Shown here: in pieces, positions 20,194-29,968 of the stretch
Layout of the letters: each line of letters opens with the position of its first letter
How positions within the stretch are numbered: the first letter of the stretch is position 1
NCBI GenBank assembly: GCA_963751075.1
Contig: CAVVTE010000011.1
Coordinates: forward strand, 291,177 to 355,176
DNA length: 64,000 bases
Direction of reading: 5' to 3'
From: an uncultured Chloroflexia bacterium
Lineage (GTDB): Bacteria; Chloroflexota; Chloroflexia; Thermomicrobiales; UBA6265
Notes under the pieces: generated by a model
Database searches by the model: none
What the model was told of the DNA's origin: nothing
The model's input: the letters and a program-made list of their open reading frames with translations, nothing else
Translations under genes and position numbers: made by a program

Positions 20194-21169
20194 ATGTCGA
20201 GGGTGCCTCCAGCCTCCAGTTCCATCGTCGATGCCGTTGGACACACTCCAGCTATCTGGCTCGATCGCCTCACCGTGGGGTTACCAGGCCGCGTCTTGCT
20301 GAAACTCGAATCGATGAATCCCGGTGGCAGCATCAAGGACCGTGCGGCTCTGCAGTGCCTGCGCGATGCGGAGCATGACGGCCGGTTGCGGCCTGGAATG
20401 GCCGTGGTCGAGCTGACCAGCGGCAACATGGGCATCGGTTTGGCCGTCGCCTGTGCCGTGATGGGATATCGCATGATTGCCGTGATGAGCGAGGGTAATA
20501 GCCCCGAGCGGCGGCAGCTCCTCGCGGCGTACGGAGCGGAGATCGAGCTTGTTCCGCAGGCGCCCGGCTCGCGACCGGGTCAGGTCAGCGGGGAGGATCT
20601 CGCGCTCGTCGAGATACGGACCTCGGCGCTCGTGGATGAGCTGAACGCGTGGCGTCCCGATCAGTTCAACAATCCATCGAATCCGCGCGCTCATGAGCTT
20701 GGGCACGGGACCGGAGCTCTGGGAGCAGGCCGGGGGCGAACTCGGTGCGTTCGTCGCCATCGTCGGAACCGGGGGCACATTTGTCGGCATCGCGAGGGCG
20801 CTCAAGGCACGAGATTCAGCGATCCGCTGTCTGGCGGTGGAGCCAGCCGGCGCACAACCCCTGGCGGGTGTAGGCGTCACCAATGCCTCCCACAAGCTCC
20901 AGGGTGCCGGCTACGCGCTGATCCCGCCACAGTGGGACTCGACGCTCTGTGACGGGACGATCCCGATCGGGGACGACGAAGCGGTCAGCGTGGCGCGGGA
21001 CCTGGCCCGCCGCGAGGGAATCCTTGCCGGATTCTCCACCGGGGCGAATGTCGCGGCAGCGCTAAAGCTGGCCGCGACCGCGCCCCCGGGATTCACCGTC
21101 GCCACCGTCGCCTGCGACACCGGTACGCGTTATCTGAGCACCGATCTCTTCGTCACTGACTCGACGTAA
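20194..21169 (+). pseudogene. Cysteine synthase (CysK/CysM family), one frameshift
   Basis: N-terminal part reads LKLESMNPGGSIKDRAA ... TSGNMGIGLA up to NPSNPRAHE. It then switches frame near 20705 into TGPELWEQ ... GTGGTFVGI ... GFSTGAN. Confidence 0.8.
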
Positions 21170-21302
21170 CGCTAGAAGGGCTTGAGTGCGGAGTGGGAAG
21201 ATGTGATTTCCCGAGGAACGAGGGATCTCTTAGTTGCCGTCCGGACGCGGAACGACGAGATTCCTCGCCAGCTCGGAATGACACTGCTTGGGATCGCGTG
21301 CT

Positions 21303-21707
21303 TTAGAGTAGGTTCGCCTCCGGCACCGTGAGATGGACCGTGTTGTTTTCGACCCGCGCAATCTGGCCCGCCCCGGCGTAGCGGTCGTCCGCCCAGGACA
21401 CGTCGATATGGATGAAACCGACCCGCATGAGCTGATGCTGAGCTTGCGCGGGAAGGTCGCCCATGTCGTACGAGTCATCGCCGAGCCCGAGGAATCCCGG
21501 GTCGTCATCTTCTTGGCCTTCGGTCGTGGCGGCATTTGGGTCGCCCATCTTGACGAACTTGACCGTTCCGACTTCCTTTCCACTCGAGTCGACGACGGTG
21601 TCGCCAATCATGACCTGGCTGATAGGGCCTCCCTCGACGGTATCGGAATACATCCGTCCTTCGGCTGTATTGTCGGTCGACATATCGAGTGGATCGCGGT
21701 CGGTCAT
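21303..21707 (-). CDS. Hypothetical protein (PRC-barrel/DUF2171-like)
   Basis: Start MTDRDPL at 21707 has GGAGGAGG 7 nt upstream. Acidic middle, C-terminal VGFIHIDV ... VHLTVP. Confidence 0.55.
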   Translation of the reverse strand: MTDRDPLDMSTDNTAEGRMYSDTVEGGPISQVMIGDTVVDSSGKEVGTVKFVKMGDPNAATTEGQEDDDPGFLGLGDDSYDMGDLPAQAQHQLMRVGFIHIDVSWADDRYAGAGQIARVENNTVHLTVPEANLL

Positions 21708-22086
21708 CGGTGCGCCTCCTCCGTTCAATCCGTGGGCGTCATAGCGCCGATCAGGGCAGAGCGTCCGCTCGTCGGCTGCCAACGAGGGCAGCCACCGACT
21801 TCGTGAAGTCTCGGCATCCTATCAGATTGCTTGTCACTCGCGTTGGAGCACCTTCATGGCGCCGTGTTTTAAGCTCTTGCTGCGGCAATCGCAATAAGCG
21901 CTACACAAACAAGGAGAATGGCCAGGATCGCCACGACCACCGCGACCCAGAAAAGGCGCGAACGTTTCCAGGAAAAGCCTGGCTGGTCTAGTGGGGTTGG
22001 TCGGTCGTCTGGCTCGATCCATAGTGTCAGGGTATCAAGAGCGGACGTGATCCAAATTCGCGCACGCGTGCGAAGGAGTGAAGAAC

Positions 22087-22494
22087 ATGATCCAGATCGA
22101 TGGATTGGCGGAGGTCGTGCTCAACGTTCGCGACGCGCCACGCGCGGTAGCCTTCTACGGCGAGTTGCTTGGACTCCAGCGCCTTTCCGCGGAGGGACAG
22201 CCCGGGCCGATCTTCTTTCGCGTCGGGCAGGCGAACAGCCAGATTCCGTCTCTCCTTGTCCTGGTGCCTCTTCCGGCCGACGCGCCTGAGTTTGCCGCAC
22301 CACGCACGTTGCATCACCTCGCACTGACCCTGCCCGCCGCCGTGTTCGACGAGACTCGGAGCACTCTGGTCGAGGCCGGCATCGAGGTCCGGGATGGTCA
22401 GCACCCACTGCTCGCGGTCCGAACCATGTACATCACGGATCCCGATGGCAACGAAGTCGAGTTGATCTCGCCACTGTCCGTGAACTTGCATTAG
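22087..22494 (+). CDS. VOC family protein (glyoxalase fold)
   Basis: MIQIDGLAEVVLNVRDAPRAVAFY ... MYITDPDGNEVELI. AAGGAG lies 10 nt upstream of ATG 22087. Confidence 0.8.
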   Translation: MIQIDGLAEVVLNVRDAPRAVAFYGELLGLQRLSAEGQPGPIFFRVGQANSQIPSLLVLVPLPADAPEFAAPRTLHHLALTLPAAVFDETRSTLVEAGIEVRDGQHPLLAVRTMYITDPDGNEVELISPLSVNLH

Positions 22495-23876
22495 AGCGCC
22501 GCGCCCAATAGTGGCATCAGCAACCGTTCCCAGTTCGCCGAAAGTGCGTCCCGATATGGCTCGGCGGTAACGATCCGGATCAGACGCCGGTGCTCCTCGT
22601 AACGCTTGAAGTCTTCGTCGGTGAGACCGACAACGTCCCGCCACGGCATAGTCGGCGCAAACCCGACCGGCGGCCTGTCGAACGCGACCCACACCTCTGA
22701 ACGCCAGCGCTCGGGTTTCGGGATGTCGATCAGCACCGCTTCGGCAGGAACCGCCTGTCCAATCTCCTCGGCGAGTGCGGCGGAGAGACGGATTTCGACG
22801 TCTCGCCGGGCCACGGGATCAAAAAAGAGGTTCCCGAGTCTGGCGTAGAGCTCGAATGCCCGGGACCCGATCTCGACCGCCCGCTTGTGGATGCGACGGT
22901 CGCGCAACGCTCGCGCCAGACCGCGCGTGCCGGCGGGCATTGCCTCCGAGTCGAGGCGAGCCAGCAGGGAGGCGTCGTCGTGGCTCAGGAGATCGTCGGC
23001 CTCGAGGGCGCCGTTAAGCATGGCTTCCTGGATGGAGCGGAGCAGCATGACCATGCACGCGCGGTTGGTGTGGTGCCAGTAGATGTTGTCAAACATTTCC
23101 TGTCGCGCGTTGATGAGGGAGTGCAGTGGACTGATGCCCTTCTCACCAATTGCGATGCGAAGCGTTTCTTCGCCCCCCGGCCCTTCGACCCTGGCGATGG
23201 TCAGCGCGTCGATGAGGCGGCCGGTGTCGACACCGCCGTACGGCACGTTGCACGCCCTGGCGTCACGAGGCAGATAGTCCAGTTTGTCCATATCGAGGGC
23301 GCCGGAGAGTATCCCGCGCAGCAATCGGTCAGCGGGCAGCAGCTCGCCGTTGGCGGGATCGACCATTAGGCCCACCCGTCGCGGGTCGACTCCCCATGCC
23401 TCTTCCAGAATGGGAGCGATCTCCGGTCCCTCGATGATGCGACGGCCGGCATGCTCATGCGGGATGATTGGCGCTCCCAGCTCTTCGATAGCGTGTGAAA
23501 ACGGATAGTGCCCGATGTCGTGCAGGAGGGCCGCGGCGACCGCGACTCGAGCATCCTCATCGGTCAGCCACCCTCCCTCGGCGCTGCCCCGAACGTGGTC
23601 GACCGCCATTCGGGTGAGATGCATGACGCCCAGGGAATGCTCGAAGCGCGTGTGGCGAGCGCCTGGCCATACCCGCGAGACGAATCCCAATTGCTGGATC
23701 CGTTCCAGGCGCACGAATGCCGGGGTGCCGATCAGCGCGATGTCCGGGCGGCCCAACGGAATCCGGTCGTACAGGGCGTCGCGGACGGTGGTTTCAATCG
23801 AGAACCCCGTAGCTGGCGCTCTCCCTCGCTCAATCATGGTGGGAAGGATAAACGGGCCAAAGTCGCGTCCGGCCAA
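22491..23876 (-). CDS. HD domain phosphohydrolase (dNTP triphosphohydrolase-like)
   Basis: 461 aa. RFEHSLGVMHL and AALLHDIGHYPFSH. Confidence 0.85.
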   Translation of the reverse strand: MAGRDFGPFILPTMIERGRAPATGFSIETTVRDALYDRIPLGRPDIALIGTPAFVRLERIQQLGFVSRVWPGARHTRFEHSLGVMHLTRMAVDHVRGSAEGGWLTDEDARVAVAAALLHDIGHYPFSHAIEELGAPIIPHEHAGRRIIEGPEIAPILEEAWGVDPRRVGLMVDPANGELLPADRLLRGILSGALDMDKLDYLPRDARACNVPYGGVDTGRLIDALTIARVEGPGGEETLRIAIGEKGISPLHSLINARQEMFDNIYWHHTNRACMVMLLRSIQEAMLNGALEADDLLSHDDASLLARLDSEAMPAGTRGLARALRDRRIHKRAVEIGSRAFELYARLGNLFFDPVARRDVEIRLSAALAEEIGQAVPAEAVLIDIPKPERWRSEVWVAFDRPPVGFAPTMPWRDVVGLTDEDFKRYEEHRRLIRIVTAEPYRDALSANWERLLMPLLGAAL

Positions 23877-23936
23877 GCTCTCGGGAGAGAGGTATGCTCC
23901 TCGCTAACGAGTGGTAGCAAGAGAGCGGGGACGTCG

Positions 23937-25169
23937 GTGGGCCGGTCGCGAGTCAGGGTCGTCGGGAACGCGCTGGCGGGAACCCCGAGAGCGGCAGTTT
24001 TTCCGGCCCCCGCCGCGCTTCCGTTACGCATCTCGCTGGCCATTCTCTTTTTTTCCTACTGGTGCGTCGACATTGTCTCCCCCGCGCTACCCGCCATCCG
24101 CGAGTCTCTCGGGCTTAGCGCGACAGGCGCCGGACTCGTCTTCTCCGTCTTTTTCGCCGGGCGCCTGATTACCAATCTCCCAGCCGCCTGGCTCGTCGAG
24201 CAGGTGGGGACGAAGTGGACCGCCGTCACCGGGTCTGCCGCCCTCCTGTTAGGCTCCGCGCTCGCCGCGTCGGCAAGTTCACAGGCGACGCTGCTTCCGG
24301 CGCGCGGCATTCAGGGCGTCGGCGTGGCCTTGCTCGCGACCGCCGGGTTGCTCTCCGTGCTGCGTGCTCTACCGGGAGGAGGCGCGGCGATGACCGCTTT
24401 TAATCTTTCGACGGGCGCCGGTGGCAGCTGTGGCCTCCTTGCCGGTGGCTACCTGACGGCCGAGTTCGGTTGGCGAGCCATCTATTGGCTGTCGACGATC
24501 ATTTCTGGACTCCTACTAGCGGGGTCGTTGCTGGCCCGGGTACAGGCGGCGATCTCCCGACCGGGGCAACCGGGGCGCGAAGAACCGGCGGCTGAGGGCG
24601 CTCCGTCCCGTTCCCGGGAGTTCGCTGCGGTCGCGGCGAATCTCCTCGTGTTCGTCAATTATTCGATCTGGGTGGTCTCCCTGCCGTTGCTTGGCGCTGT
24701 GAAATTCGGATTTAGCGCTGAACAGGTTGGCCTGATGCTCCTCTTTGTCAACGTCGTTCACCTTGCCAGCGCTCTTCCGATCGGCGGCATCATTCGCCGT
24801 GCCGGGGCGGCGCGAGCATTGGCGGTCGGCTTCGGTATTGGCGGCGCCGGGCTGCTGCTCGTGCCGCTTGCGCCGAGCGCGCTCTGGCTGGCAGCACCAA
24901 TGGCGTTGTATGCCGTTGGCCAGGTTGCGGGAAACAGCTCAGCCGGCGATCTGATCCTGCGTCTCGGTGGCGGTGGCGGGCGAGCGGTCGGGGCCGTCCG
25001 GTTGTCGAGTGATATCGGGCTCGTCGCGGGGCCCGCCGCCGCTGGGGCACTTGCTGACGCGGCGGGAGTTGAAGCGCCGTTTTTCGCACTCGGCGTGATA
25101 GCGCTGGCCGCGATGGTGGCGGTCCTGGTCGGATTGCGGCCAGCAACATGGAGACGCGTATTCGCATGA
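23937..25169 (+). CDS. MFS transporter
   Basis: About 12 hydrophobic segments. The upstream part of the 553-aa ORF is antisense to the HD gene, so the start is placed at in-frame GTG 23937 (uncertain). Confidence 0.75.
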   Translation: MGRSRVRVVGNALAGTPRAAVFPAPAALPLRISLAILFFSYWCVDIVSPALPAIRESLGLSATGAGLVFSVFFAGRLITNLPAAWLVEQVGTKWTAVTGSAALLLGSALAASASSQATLLPARGIQGVGVALLATAGLLSVLRALPGGGAAMTAFNLSTGAGGSCGLLAGGYLTAEFGWRAIYWLSTIISGLLLAGSLLARVQAAISRPGQPGREEPAAEGAPSRSREFAAVAANLLVFVNYSIWVVSLPLLGAVKFGFSAEQVGLMLLFVNVVHLASALPIGGIIRRAGAARALAVGFGIGGAGLLLVPLAPSALWLAAPMALYAVGQVAGNSSAGDLILRLGGGGGRAVGAVRLSSDIGLVAGPAAAGALADAAGVEAPFFALGVIALAAMVAVLVGLRPATWRRVFA

Positions 25170-26092
25170 TTGCATCGCGGTTACGAAGTGGGATCCTGGC
25201 CGTGGCTGGACGGGAAGAGGTTGAACGATTCCTGCGCGATAGCCGTTTTTCGCGCAACCTCGTCACTCGCTTCGTCGCCGGTGAGACGGTCGATACGGCG
25301 CTAGCCGCCGCCAAGAGATTGGCCGCCGACGGACTGAAGACCACGCTCGACCGACTTGGCGAGAACGTGCTTACCCCGGCCGAGGCTCGGTCAGCGGTCG
25401 ATTCGTACGCCGCGACTCTAAACGCGATGGCCACCGCGGGGCTTGAGCCCAATATCTCGGTCAAACTCACGATGCTCGGCCTCGATATCGACGAAGACGT
25501 CGCATACGACAACATGGTGGTATTGCTGGAGACCGCCTCAGCCATCGACGGATTCGTCCGGATCGACATGGAGGGGTCGGCCTACACGAAATCGACGCTG
25601 AGTATCGCCGAGGCGCTGCACGAGCGATTCCCCGATCATGTGGGAACCGTGATTCAGGCGTATCTTCACCGCTCCGATCGCGACGTCGAGCGACTGATCG
25701 ACAGACGGATGCGCGTCCGGCTCGTCAAAGGCGCCTACGCTGAGCCATCGAGCATCGCGTTGCAGAAACCCCGTGAGATCGACGACGCCTTCGTCCACCT
25801 CATGGAACGATTGCTCGAGGATGGCCGCTACCCGGCCATCGCGACTCACGACCCGGCCCTCATTCGCGCGACCCAGGGGTTTGCCCTCCGCATGGGCATC
25901 GATCGCGATCGCTGGGAGTTCCAGATGCTCTATGGCGTCCGCCGTGAGGCACAAACCGCCCTCGCGGCCGAGGGATACGGAATGCGAATCTACGTGCCAT
26001 TCGGTTCCGATTGGTATCCCTATTTCGCGCGCCGAATCGCTGAACGGCCGGCCAATTTAGCGTTTGTTTTGCGACAATTGGTAACCCAATAG
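25148..26092 (+). CDS. Proline dehydrogenase
   Basis: 314 aa. VSVKLTMLG, VRIDMEGS, VRLVKGAY, ATHD. An alternative start at ATG 25166 forms an ATGA overlap with the MFS stop. Confidence 0.85.
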   Translation: METRIRMIASRLRSGILAVAGREEVERFLRDSRFSRNLVTRFVAGETVDTALAAAKRLAADGLKTTLDRLGENVLTPAEARSAVDSYAATLNAMATAGLEPNISVKLTMLGLDIDEDVAYDNMVVLLETASAIDGFVRIDMEGSAYTKSTLSIAEALHERFPDHVGTVIQAYLHRSDRDVERLIDRRMRVRLVKGAYAEPSSIALQKPREIDDAFVHLMERLLEDGRYPAIATHDPALIRATQGFALRMGIDRDRWEFQMLYGVRREAQTALAAEGYGMRIYVPFGSDWYPYFARRIAERPANLAFVLRQLVTQ

Positions 26093-26268
26093 TAAACAGC
26101 CGGCCTGCCAGCTCCTAACCACAGGCTATACTGCAAAAGAGTCCCGGATTGGGACTTCCCCGGAGCGGAGCTGCTCTCGGGGCGCTGGGGTGATCCGGAC
26201 GCTCGTTACTTTCCCCTTAGGGGTGAGCGAACAGACGGAGTTCTCCCAGAAGAAGGGGTGGTTTGAAC

Positions 26269-26574
26269 ATGAGCCGCGAGCGACGCCGGCTCTTCCTCGA
26301 GGAAGAGCAGACGGCGGAGCCGGGGCGCTTCGGGTGTCCGATGCTTGTCCGCGCGCATTGCGGACCATTGCGTGGGAGGGTTGAGCCGGTTTACCGCTGC
26401 TCGTTAGCGTGGGCCCTCCACGGAGAAGTCGAGGTGATGCGTTGCCGCGCCACCGATGTGGTGACTGATTGCTGGAAAGTGCACCCTGAGCGCCTCCCGG
26501 CTGTAGCCGAGGTTGAGGTTATCGAGGTCATCGAGGTGATTGATGAGGCTCCCGCAAGAATCGCGGGGGACTAA
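26269..26574 (+). CDS. Hypothetical Cys-containing protein
   Basis: AAGGGGTGG lies 7 nt upstream of ATG 26269. It has 5 Cys and an acidic EVEVIEVIEVIDE tail, and I recognise no family. Confidence 0.5.
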   Translation: MSRERRRLFLEEEQTAEPGRFGCPMLVRAHCGPLRGRVEPVYRCSLAWALHGEVEVMRCRATDVVTDCWKVHPERLPAVAEVEVIEVIEVIDEAPARIAGD

Positions 26575-26595
26575 ACGAACACTCGAGCCCGAACC

Positions 26596-26635
26596 ACACA
26601 ACCACCGCCGCGAATATTCGCGGCGGTGGTTGTGT
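26596..26635. terminator. Bidirectional terminator hairpin
   Basis: Perfect 20-bp-arm palindrome acacaaccaccgccgcgaat/attcgcggcggtggttgtgt between convergent genes. TT follows on the plus strand. Confidence 0.7.
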
Positions 26636-26657
26636 TTCTGGGACCGTGACAGCGTGG

Positions 26658-27083
26658 TCAGTTTCTCGGTGCGGTGCGCTTGATGAATTCCTCGACGTCC
26701 GCCGGCGCGTGCTCCCGTAGATCCATCGCTGGATACTTCAGGTCCGGCGGGATATAGAGATGAAACGTGAACCGCACCGGCTCGATGCGCTCCTGGTCCG
26801 CCCACCAGTCGTACAGCGCCGGAAGCCACCCGAACGTCCGCGCGCGTATTCTCCAGAGCGCAACCGCGGCTCCACGCTCGTAGGTCAAGGCCTCGCCAAA
26901 ATAGACCACCGCGCCGGAATCACTCTCAATGATGCGGAGAACGTCGTCGTAGAAACGCGGCGATCCCTTGAGCGAGAATCGCCAGCCATCGGTCACCGGG
27001 CTGCCCTGGGTGACCTGCTCGAGTAAAGACCCGGCATTCCGGTCTGACCCAGCGTTACGCCCTCTGCCGAACAGCGCCGCCAT
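26658..27083 (-). CDS. Hypothetical protein
   Basis: Start MAALFGRGRN at 27083 is preceded by GGGAGGAG. I recognise no motif. Confidence 0.5.
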   Translation of the reverse strand: MAALFGRGRNAGSDRNAGSLLEQVTQGSPVTDGWRFSLKGSPRFYDDVLRIIESDSGAVVYFGEALTYERGAAVALWRIRARTFGWLPALYDWWADQERIEPVRFTFHLYIPPDLKYPAMDLREHAPADVEEFIKRTAPRN

Positions 27084-27285
27084 GCTCCTCCCGCCCTGTT
27101 CCGTGGTTGGGACTCTCCCGCATCCACCGACCGACACTGGCGCGATTGTACCCCGCCTGAATCACTGCTACGTGATGGCGCTCGCTGGCAGTCTTGGCGG
27201 TTACCTCCACCGGGGCGTACAGTGCGCCGAACTCGTGCTGCCAGGAGAGTCCAGTGTCAATCGTGATCCGAGTCAAGGAGTAGGC

Positions 27286-28191
27286 GTGAAAATCGGAATC
27301 CTCTTGCCGATTGCGGAGACGGACAGCGGCACGATACTGCGCTACAAGGACATTCGCGATGCGGCGCTACAAGCTGAGCGCGACGGATTCAACTCCGTCT
27401 GGATCGTCGACCATCTCCTGTTCGAGTGGGACGGCCAGCGGCGAGGCATTTGGGAAGGGTGGACGCTCCTCTCGGCACTTGCCGAGGCGACCGAACGTGT
27501 TGAGCTCGGCACACTGGTTATGTGCACGGCGTTCCGCAATCCCGCACTACTGGCCAAGATGGCAGACGCGGTCGACGAAGTCAGCGACGGTCGGTTCATT
27601 TTCGGTCTGGGCGCCGGCTGGCACGAACCCGAGTTCACGGCGTTCGGCTATCCCTTCGATCATCTGGCCAGCCGATTCGAAGACGCGCTGCGGATCATCG
27701 CGCCACTCGTTCGCACTGGCGTCGCCGATTATCAGGGAACCTACGAGCGCGCTATTCGCTGCGTCAGCTTGCCGCGAGGACCTCGTCCAGAAGGACCTCC
27801 CATTCTTGTCGGCGCGTCACGTCCTCGAATGCTTCGGCTTACGGCAGAACTTGCCGATGCCTGGAATACCTGCTGGTTGGGCCGGGCCAGTGAGCTACCC
27901 GAACGACTCGCGCCAATGCACACCGCCTGTGCCGAGGTTGGTCGAGATCCCGCAACCCTCGAAGTGACGGTCGGACAGATTGTGACTATGCCTGAGCCGA
28001 CTCGAGAGGGCGAGGATGAAGGCGACGAGCGATTCAAATTTACCAATCCGGACGCACTGGCCGAGGAATGGAGACTATTCCAAGAACAGGGCGTCGGCCA
28101 TCTCATTGTTTGGCCGCAGCCATATGATGCCGGCTGTCTGAACCTGCTGACCGCGGCACAACGCATCTACCGTGATAGGAGCGGCGAATGA
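27286..28191 (+). CDS. LLM-class (luciferase-like) flavin/F420-dependent oxidoreductase
   Basis: GTG 27286 has AAGGAG 5 nt upstream. FNSVWIVDHL ... FIFGLGAGW. The longer ORF from 26968 overlaps the convergent gene. Confidence 0.85.
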   Translation: MKIGILLPIAETDSGTILRYKDIRDAALQAERDGFNSVWIVDHLLFEWDGQRRGIWEGWTLLSALAEATERVELGTLVMCTAFRNPALLAKMADAVDEVSDGRFIFGLGAGWHEPEFTAFGYPFDHLASRFEDALRIIAPLVRTGVADYQGTYERAIRCVSLPRGPRPEGPPILVGASRPRMLRLTAELADAWNTCWLGRASELPERLAPMHTACAEVGRDPATLEVTVGQIVTMPEPTREGEDEGDERFKFTNPDALAEEWRLFQEQGVGHLIVWPQPYDAGCLNLLTAAQRIYRDRSGE

Positions 28192-29036
28192 GTCAACCCC
28201 GCTCGGGCTCTGAACAGGTCAACGGCATCCGCCTGGCGTATCGCCATTGGCCCGCTCCTGCCGCCGCTCAGGCTCCGGCCGTCGTCCTTTTGCATGGCGT
28301 GTTGCAAACCGGTGACGGCATGCGCCACCTCGCGGAGCGACTTTCGAGCGACCGCGAGGTTCTGGTTCCCGATCTCCGAGGTCGCGGTGACAGTGATCGC
28401 CCGGCCGGCGGCTATGATCCGGGGACCATGGCGACCGATGTGGCCGCGTTGATGGAACGGGTTGAAATCGAGCGACCGGCGCTGATCGGGCGGCTGCACG
28501 GTGGGCTCATTGCCTACCACCTTGCGGCCGCGCGCCCTGAGCTCGTGTCCGGGATAATCCTGGGCGACGCCAATCCTGAGGTGGGCGAGGATCGCGCGGC
28601 GGAAGCCCTCGCCTCAATTGCCTCATTGCCAGGTGGTTTCGCGTCGCGGGAAGACGCGGCCCGGTTTTACGAGCAAGACCTCGGACTCCCGCCGGATCGA
28701 GCGCGCCACGACATCCCGAGTGATCTCGAGGCGCTGCCTGATGGAGGGTACCGCTGGCGACATGATCTCGAGATCGTGCGCCGGATCGAGGCCGCGGCTA
28801 TTCCGCGCTCCGATTGGCCGATCCTGGCTCAGGTCCAATGTCCGGCTCTGATCCTGCGCGGTCAGCGAGGTGAAATCGGACGGGAGACCGCCCAACGCAT
28901 GCTGGCGACGATGCCACGCGCCCGGGTGATGACGATCTACGGCGCGACCCACGACGTGTTCCTGGGGCCGGGATCGGAGCAGGCGCTGGCGGCAATCCAG
29001 CTCTTTCTATTCAGTCTGGACGGTGGCGAGAACTGA
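28188..29036 (+). CDS. Alpha/beta hydrolase
   Basis: 282 aa. VVLLHGVLQTGDGM ... DLRGRGDSD, C-terminal THDVF. Confidence 0.85.
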   Translation: MSQPRSGSEQVNGIRLAYRHWPAPAAAQAPAVVLLHGVLQTGDGMRHLAERLSSDREVLVPDLRGRGDSDRPAGGYDPGTMATDVAALMERVEIERPALIGRLHGGLIAYHLAAARPELVSGIILGDANPEVGEDRAAEALASIASLPGGFASREDAARFYEQDLGLPPDRARHDIPSDLEALPDGGYRWRHDLEIVRRIEAAAIPRSDWPILAQVQCPALILRGQRGEIGRETAQRMLATMPRARVMTIYGATHDVFLGPGSEQALAAIQLFLFSLDGGEN

Positions 29037-29058
29037 CCCTCACCCGGGTGATTCCGCG

Positions 29059-29797
29059 CTAATACGTTGCCCGCCCGCCCGAGATGTCGTAGACCGCACC
29101 GGTCGAGAACGTGAGATCTGGCGAGCAGAGAAAGGCCACCAGACGCGGCCACTTCCTCCGGCTTGCCGACCCGGCCCATCGGGATCCGGCTGGTCATGTA
29201 CGCGATGTGCTCGTCGCTCACCTGCGCCAGGATCGGCGTTTCGATCACGGCCGGCGCTACGGCGTTCACCAACACCCCTTTTGTCGCAACCTCCTTGGCG
29301 ACCGCTTTCGTCAGCCCGATGACCCCCGCCTTGGCGGCGGAGTAGGGAACCGCGTTCGGGTTCCCCTCCTTGCCCGCGATCGACGCAATATTGACGATGT
29401 GGCCCGAGCCGGCATCGACCATTACCGGGATCACCGCCCTGCAGCCAAGGAAGACGCCGGTCAGGTCGATGTCGATGACCTGCTGCCACTCATCGACGCC
29501 GAGCTCCCAGATCGGCGCGGAGCGGCCCGCGATGCCGGCATTGTTCACTAGCGCGTCGATTCGCCCCCAAAGATCGAGCGCGCGGCGAACCGCGGCGTCC
29601 CAGGAGACGAGTTCAGTCACGTCGAGTTGTTGCGCGACCGCCAGATCGCCAATCGCCGCCGCGGCTTCTTCCGCCGCTGTCTGGTCGATGTCGGCAATCA
29701 TCACGGTGGCGCCTTCACTGGCGAGGCGCCGCGCGATCGCTTCGCCAATGCCGCGCGCGGCCCCTGTAACAATGGCCGCCTGTCCCTCGAACCGCAT
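29059..29797 (-). pseudogene. SDR family oxidoreductase (3-hydroxyacyl-CoA/3-oxoacyl reductase-like) with a 3' frameshift
   Basis: TGAARGIGEAIA, NNAG and YSAAKAG are intact. After GKPEEVAA the canonical tail LVAFLCSPDLTFSTGAVYDISGGRATY-stop is in another frame (1-nt insertion near 29143). The ORF as written runs on to 28937. Confidence 0.75.
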
Positions 29798-29851
29798 GTC
29801 TCCTCAACCCCTTATCAATCGAGCTATCACCTGTCGGCCGCTACTATCCTC

Positions 29852-29965
29852 GCATGCTCTCCAGAGCCGGGTGGATTCAATTCAGTTTCCGTAGATCGGC
29901 CCCTCCGGGCATGCTCTTCAGAGCCGGGTGGATACAATTCAGTTTCCGTAGATCGGCCCCTCCGG
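29852..29965. repeat. Tandem duplication, 2 x 57 bp
   Basis: Copy 1 is 29852-29908 and copy 2 is 29909-29965, differing at 2 positions. It fills the gap between the enoyl-CoA hydratase stop and the SDR gene. Confidence 0.9.
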
Positions 29966-29968
29966 GGA

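Noticed and set aside
21869-22022. Possible 50-aa membrane protein (MDRARRPTNP + LDQPGFSWKRSRLFWVAVVVAILAILLVCVALIAIAAARA)
   Set aside because: The clean TM helix is in a different frame from the only ATG. The two would join only if one base of the GGGG run at 21993-21996 is removed, and there is no SD. That is too speculative to call, although it is a candidate homopolymer-indel site.
21918-22289. 123-aa plus ORF preceded by AAGGAG
   Set aside because: The SD is only 1 nt from the ATG, the product is Arg-rich, and it overlaps the well-supported VOC gene (22087..22494) in another frame.
23508-23936. Upstream extension of the MFS ORF, giving a 553-aa version
   Set aside because: It is antisense to the HD-domain gene, hydrophilic and unlike an MFS N-terminus. 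The first TM segment begins near 24030.
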